From: the human T2T-CHM13v2.0 reference genome, Homo sapiens
Assembly (NCBI RefSeq): GCF_009914755.1
Contig: NC_060938.1
Length of the DNA stretch: 64,000 bases
Reading direction: 5' to 3' (one strand)
Part shown: positions 57,202 through 64,000 of the stretch, one piece after another
Layout: the number at the start of each line of letters is the position of its first letter
Position numbering within the stretch: position 1 is the first letter of the stretch
Translations under genes and position numbers: made by a program
Notes under the pieces: generated by a model
What the model was told of the DNA's origin: nothing
Databases searched by the model: none
What the model saw: only the letters and a program-made list of their open reading frames with translations

Positions 57202-57825
57202 TCTCTTACTCTCCTCCTGCTAGGCCAGGCAGCTGGTTTACTCACCTTTGTATTCTTAGGCTGCTTATCAAGATCTCAATCTAATAGAATTCACAAACAT
57301 TTATTAACTTATTATTTGTCAGACATGCTAAGCAATAGAGATTTTAACAAATAAGATGTAATCCTTGTGTCTGAGGCATTCATCATCGTCTGGGGAGAAA
57401 GAATCATGCATAATTTCTGGGCTATGATGGAGATTGCTTTAGGAATATAGAGGTAGAGATGGCTAATTTTGCCTAAGGGAACTGAGAGGCTTCACAGAAA
57501 AGCAAGTTTAAAAGGATGAGTTGGAGGTTACCAGATGAAGAAGAGGGAAATTCCAACTAAAAGGAATAATATGTGCCAAAAGACAGAAGTATCAAACAAA
57601 GTATGTTTGGAAATGACGAGAACTTCAGTGGGGGAGAAACTCAAGCCGCCTTGTGCACCACCCTAAGAAGCAGATGGTAGGGCAGGATGAAACTTCCCTG
57701 CTGGGAGAACATTGGCCAGGAGGGCTCTCCAGGTTCCCCAGACTTTTTCAGCATCTCTGAAGCAAGTGGATGGTCCCGCAAACCAGATCCGCGCCAACCC
57801 CATTCCTATGTGTTGGCCTTTTTTA

Positions 57826-58111
<286 letters not shown>

Positions 58112-59009
58112 TAAGAGAACCCAGGAAGCCCAGCTCAAGAGTCAAAGTCCCCCTCACCCACTCATGAGCAGCCAGGATTTCCAGGCCCTGCTTTCCCCTC
58201 TCGAGAGCTGGAAAGTAATCAAATGAAGGGATGAGGTTTAAGCTAGTCCCTAACATCTACTCAGGAGAACATAATATCTCGACTGCTGTCTTTGTGCCCA
58301 AGTTTCATTCAGCTTGTCAGAAATCTTGATAGTGTTCCTACTCCTGTGTGGTCACACCAGAATCTGTGTGTTTTGGCGAATAACTGATAGTCTTCCTATT
58401 TATAGACTGTTTCCTATATTATTCACTTATAGGGTTTCTGTGCTCCAATGTTCTGTCAAGTCCCAGCTGGCCAGGGTGTGTAATAGTCATTAACACCACA
58501 GCTGCTTGTTTTATAGTCTCCCTGTACAGCCCAGTTGTTAAGTGCTCTTAGATAAGTTTTAAACTGTTTGTGTTTAAAAAAAAAAAAAAAAAAAAAAAGT
58601 CTCTAGCTGAAAAAAGTGCTCATTTGGGCTAAGTGCCTTTCCAATTTAACACCAAAGCTAAAAATAAAAGTTCCCCTTTGTCCAAACAATAACATAGTCA
58701 TTTTTGCCTTTTTAAGATACAGGAGAGTAAAAAAGATGTTGGAAAAAGTATTTCCTGACTGATCTAAACCAAAGTATAATCTTTGGTAAAAGTAAAATGT
58801 CCCAGGGAACTGAGCAAAAAACAAAATACCTTTTTCTTCCCACTTCTTCTGCTTCCTTAGCATCTGTTTTGAGGAGACAGTTTGATGGGTGCCTGCTCAA
58901 ATGCTGACTTTCCTCTTTCAAGCAAAATTGTTAGCATCTTAGGTCACTGCTAACTAGCATAGCTCCTCATCTCATGGTAATCCTGGATATCATTTTGAAT
59001 TGCTTTTGA

Positions 59010-59525
59010 AAAATAGCAACTTTATTAAGATATAGTTCCCATCCCATCTAATTTACTCATTTAAAATGTACAATTCGATGGCTTTTAGTACATTCACAAA
59101 ACTGTGCCACCATCACCACAATCAATTTTAGAGCATTTGCATCAACTCCAAAAAGAATACCCATTAGCAGTCACTCCTCAATTTCCCCATTCCCCTTCCC
59201 TCCAGCCCTAGACAACCACCAATCTACTTCTGTGTCTATGGATTTGTCTATTCTGGACACTTCATGTAAATGAAATAATATGTCATTTTTTTGTGACTAG
59301 CTTCTTTCCCTTAGCATGTTTTCACAGTGTACCGACGTTGCAGTATGTATTAACATTTCATTCCTTTTTATTGCTGAATAATACCCCACTTTTGTTTATC
59401 CATTGTCAGTTAGTTGACATTTAGGTTGTTTCCACTTTTTGACTGTTATGAGTAATGCTGCACAAATTTTTGTGTGGACACGTGTTCTCATATGTTTCAT
59501 ATGGGGTAGACTTGCTGGGTCATAT
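59010..59525 (-). mobile_element. Old L1 (L1MB-like) 3' end
   Basis: ttaaaatgtacaattcgatggcttttagtacattcaca...caaccaccaatctacttctgtgtctatggattt. Confidence 0.75.
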
Positions 59526-59949
59526 CATTTCGACTGTTTTTCAATGTTGAACAAGGATACCCCCAGATTTTACAACTGACGAACACAGGAAAATGTGTGG
59601 ACTTAGAGAAGAGTCCATTTTGTGGACAACATTACTACCTAATTCTTTTGCTCAAAACAAAAACTGGGTAACAACCTATCACTTATAGAAGAAAAATCAA
59701 TCAGTCAGCAATTGTGTCCATTGATTATCTAAGGAAGTCTCTATGTTATTCAGATGTACAAACCACAAAAACGAAGTATTTAATGTCAAAAGTCAATCTT
59801 TAGCAAGACACTCTCACCTCTTTTGTGTTATATTAATTGTTTAATTGCTAGATAGAATGCCATGGTTTTCAGGGAATACACAGACTGCAATACAGAGAGT
59901 GTTTGCCATTATTTTGACATTAATGCTGCACCTCATCTGTTTAAGAGAC

Positions 59950-61260
59950 AATTTATTTCAACTCTGAGCATCTATTATTTGATTAGTGCAGGGGGTAAAA
60001 ATATCACGCAAACATGGTTACTTTCCTTACAAAGACCACGATCCAGTGATGAGGATGAGACTAGACTAACTCACCAATCACTAATGCCAGGCACGCATTA
60101 GCGCGTGGCTACTCAGATGAAGGACAAAGCACCATCAGTTGGAGACATGAAGAGAGACCTCAAGGAAAAAGTGGCATTTGACATGAGTGTTGGCAGATAA
60201 GTAAGATTTTGATATGTAAATGTATGTGGAGAGAACACTGGAAACTGAAAGAAAATAACATGAATAAAGGCAGATAAGCAAAGCAAAGTGTCTATATGGG
60301 TAGTTCAGATTTCACTTCCCTCAATACTGCTTACTAGCCATAATACTTATCTGAATTCTTACCTGTAATTTACCTGAATTCACCAAGTAGCTGTTTCCTC
60401 ATTTTTAAATGGGTAAAATAATGCCATCATATGCTGTGAGGATTAAACAATAATATATTTTAAATGTTCATTACAGTGTTTAAGACATAGTAAATGCTCA
60501 ATAAAACTTAGTTTCAAGATAATTGGTTGGAATTCTAGGTAGATGTAAGAGAGTAGAAAGTAGGTTGGACCCATATTGCAGAGAACCTTGTGTGGGATGA
60601 GAAGTTGGAAATTCCACCGTAGGCAGTAAGGAATTACAGAGATTTTAGAGTAAGAAAGCGACCTCATTAGAGTTCCGCTGGACAGGAGCATATAGAATGG
60701 GATAAAATTGGATGAGTCTTCAGAAGGCCATGTAATTAGTCCTAGGGAAAGGTAATGAGGACCTGAGATAAGACAGGAAGTATAGAAATTAAAATGAGGA
60801 GTCACTTCAAAAGGCTTTATAAAGGTGGGTGATGCGGATATAGTGACTGCTTACATTTTGGAGGCAAAAGAGAAGGCAAACTTTTGAGCCTGCATAGCTG
60901 GGAGAGTAATAATGTCATTAGCCAGGAAGAATGAGCTAAGAGGAAAGATAATGAGATAATACTTTGGCTCTGAAGAATTTGGGGTACCTGTGAGGCATGT
61001 GTGTGAAGATGTCTGGTGGACAGAAAGGACAATAGAGCACGGAAGAAGGGTCCTGGCTAGAAACTCTGGAGTCACCCGCCAAGAACTATTGGTGGAAGCG
61101 AGGGGTGGGTGACACAGATCCTTACAGGAGCATTGAGACTGCTGTAAAGAGGAAGAGAACCAGGAACTGAGACGTGCATGAGACCAGTCCTGCGTGTCTG
61201 AAGAGGTTACCAAGAGGAAAGCCCTTCATAAACTGTCAAGTACTGCAGAGATTCAAGCTG
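59950..61260 (-). mobile_element. Degenerate L2 fragments with an embedded MIR (~60320-60510)
   Basis: Purine-rich antisense-L2 texture; MIR motifs tttcctcatttttaaatggg...tgtgaggattaaa...taaatgctcaataaa. Confidence 0.5.
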
Positions 61261-61867
61261 ATGAGAAGCAGAGGAATGAACAGCTGCTTTGGAGAAGGCC
61301 ACAGGGAGCCCTTTCCTGAACCAACAGTACCACTGTGATTTTTGGATGGTTCTCATAACCAGTCAAATGGATTAATCACACTGCTAGTCCCTTGGGTAGG
61401 ATGTGATGGCAAAGGAGTCATGAAGCCAAGCTTTTTTGACAAGAACATTTGCTCTTGAATGCTTCAAGTAACTTGCTGGTCATTCCAATGTTCTTGATTA
61501 TGTCAACTGCTTTTTGAGTCTGTACGTTCAGCCATTTATCCAAATTAAGTAATGATCCCTGGGGGCTTCGATGGCAAGGCATTGGCATGGGAATCAATGG
61601 TGCCATCTACTGTCCTTTTCTTTGATAGAAACAACTTCGGGAATAAACTCCTTTTCTCCCATCACACATTTAGCATCTGGTCTTTTAAAGTATAAATAGT
61701 TCCACATTTTAAAGTTTTTAACCAGTCAAAGGATGGTTAGTAGCACTGGCCCCTAAGTGCTAGCAAGATTTTTCTGATATCTCCCCAGATGGTTATTTGG
61801 GAGGTCAGAACCTGAGGCCCAGAAGTCAGGGACCATAAGGGAAGGAGGTCACCATAAGGGAAGGAGG

Positions 61868-62065
61868 TTACAAGTGTCAGGCGCTGGCACCAAGCTTTCC
61901 AGGTGCCAGTACCTGACACTTGTAATCCCAGCGATTTCCCACAAGGGCTGTAAGACTTTGTTACTTTATCTCCAATTTTCAGACAAGGACTAAGAAAAGT
62001 TAACTAAGGTCAAATGCGAGCAAGTGGCTGAGCTAGAAGCTGAATCTTGATTTGCCTGACTCCTG
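61868..62065 (-). mobile_element. MIR containing an inverted duplication
   Basis: ttatctccaattttcagacaagga...aactaaggtca...aagtggctgagctag...gcctgactcc. Confidence 0.6.
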
Positions 62066-62444
62066 TGTTTTTTCTACTAAGTAACTTCTGCCGGATTTGT
62101 GACAATTCTTGCAGACATTTACCCCGTAGTTCCCGAGCATCAATCCTCAGACTACAGCTAGTGGGGAAGCTGCACTTCATGGCATTGGATCTTTTATTTT
62201 TTTCTTAAACCATTTAGCACTTCAGCATTTATGCTAAATTCATCATGCCATGTGTTTTTCTGGATACATTTTATTTTCAAATGCTTCTATGATTGAATTA
62301 AAGAAATCAATTCCTATTTCAGTGTGACTATTTTTCCTATACTCTTCTTAGATGAATCTGTGACAAGAGAAGGGTTAAAAATCAATTTCATGTCAGTGAG
62401 CGGGTCATTGTTATTAGTACTTTTTAAGTACTTTGATATAACTT

Positions 62445-62600
62445 TGTTTTTTTGGAAGTGGGGTCTTGCTGTGTTTCCCAGACTGGAATGCAGTGTCATG
62501 ATCATGACTCACTGCATCCTCGAACTCCTGGACTCAAGAGATCCTCCTGCCTCAGCCTCCTGAGTTGTTAGAATTACAGTCACCAGGCACTGTGCCCAGC
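62445..62600 (-). mobile_element. Alu monomer (FRAM/AluJ-like)
   Basis: gggtcttgctgtgtttcccagactgg...ctcaagagatcctcctgcctcagcctcc. Confidence 0.75.
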
Positions 62601-64000
62601 TCTCTATATATTATTACAGAATATTATTTCATAAGCAAAATTGCAAACATAAAAAATTGAAAGTGCTTAGCAATAATAAAGCTCCATTCTAGAAATGTAG
62701 AAATTATTAAAAATTGTATATTTTAGTTATTCATGGATAATGCAAATATAACAGCCATTTTGTGCAAAATATATGATAAATCAGAGTAAACTTAAGAATG
62801 TCCATGTAAATTAATTTAATAGTTTTCATGCTTTCCCCAAATATGCTGAAAAGGTCTCACTTGCCCTAGGGAAGTACATACACATAAAGCATGCCTTAGT
62901 GAGGTCTGCAGTTTTGCTAAAATAAATCACTACTTTCCAACATTAAGGGGAAACAGTAATTTATAGGACTGCAGTGAATACAAGTTTTTTAAATTATGGT
63001 CTGTCCTAGGGGAAAACTACCCCTGTACAAATGTATTTACAAGAAAATAGTTGGAAAAGTTTGGAAGCCTGCGCACTGTGGCATAATCTTTTATTACCAT
63101 AATTATTTGCCTAAGTTAAGGTGCTTATCAGACTTGATCTCAGCCCTAAGAAAATTTGAAGTAGTAAAATAGCATTCAAGTAAGACCTACATCATTACAG
63201 CAATATCCCTGATTCTTCAGATTTGAGGAGCGCTAAAGTTTTCTGAGCTCTTTTATCATACTGCCTCTCCAATGAGGTTCCTTACCTAGAATAAATAAGA
63301 AATTAAAATATACTGATTTATAAGCCATTTGACAAGAGTAATTTGTAAATTAGGTTGGACCTAAGGATGAACTATGATGGTTTTATTGAGAAGATTACAA
63401 CTAGTGTCCAGTCTCTGTAGGGAATTTTCTTCCCTCTAGCCAGAGCACATTTGAAAACTTTTCCTTTTATGGCTTTAGTTAAAGAAGAGAGTTGACCTCT
63501 ACACAAACTCTCATGAGCACACATAGAGTTGTGTGGGGTTTTTCTTTTCTGTCACCCCCCATCACTTCATATTTTAGACAACCTAGGCCGAGGGTCCCCC
63601 ATGTTCATCCCTTTCCTGCTGAGACCTAGGTCTCTTTGGAGCAGACTCCTTCCCTAGATTAATCCCATTGTCTGACTTTTCAACATCCCACAAAGGGCTG
63701 CTATGTCCTAATCAAACAAACAAACAAACAAAGAAAAAACACACATGGTTACATGGATTGGAGCCACTTAAAGTTCACGTTCTCGGACTTCTCCCCTCCC
63801 CTTGCCCTAGAGCTGTCCCATGGGATGCCCTTGGCAGCCTTCTCTTCCATCCTCTTCAAAGGCTCCACCTCCCTCAGACCCAACCACCTCCCTTCATCCC
63901 TATTCTCAACTGACAACTTCCCCGCTCACAAGCTAATCTACTCCTCACCCACCTTCATTCCTTTTTTTCCTTTCCTTTCATTCTAGGGGACAAGGCTACT

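Overview
Primate (human-like) genomic DNA, not prokaryotic. The first ~10.4 kb holds the 3' end of the formin gene DAAM1 on the + strand: three coding exons (2533-2664, 6374-6544, 7595-7804) encoding the end of the FH2 domain and the DAD autoregulatory motif, then a ~2.5 kb 3'UTR. The remaining ~54 kb is intergenic and dominated by transposable elements: old L1M fragments, a near full-length L1MA, L1PA elements, many Alus, Tigger3, MER, MLT1, L2 and MIR copies, and microsatellites. Almost all ORFs in the supplied track are repeat-derived or spurious. I found no support for a new gene system. The best candidates for a second look are: (1) a head-to-head pair of L1PA elements of different subfamilies that share several apparently non-consensus variants, suggesting gene conversion between inverted repeats; (2) a diverged intronic copy of a DAAM1 exon 3' end with its splice donor, next to a perfect 62-bp tandem duplication; (3) a composite L1 with two tandem 5'UTRs and a ~40-bp micro-L1 insertion; (4) a 24-bp-stem hairpin formed inside a MIR. 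Repeat subfamily names come from recalled consensus sequences, and boundaries of old repeats are approximate.
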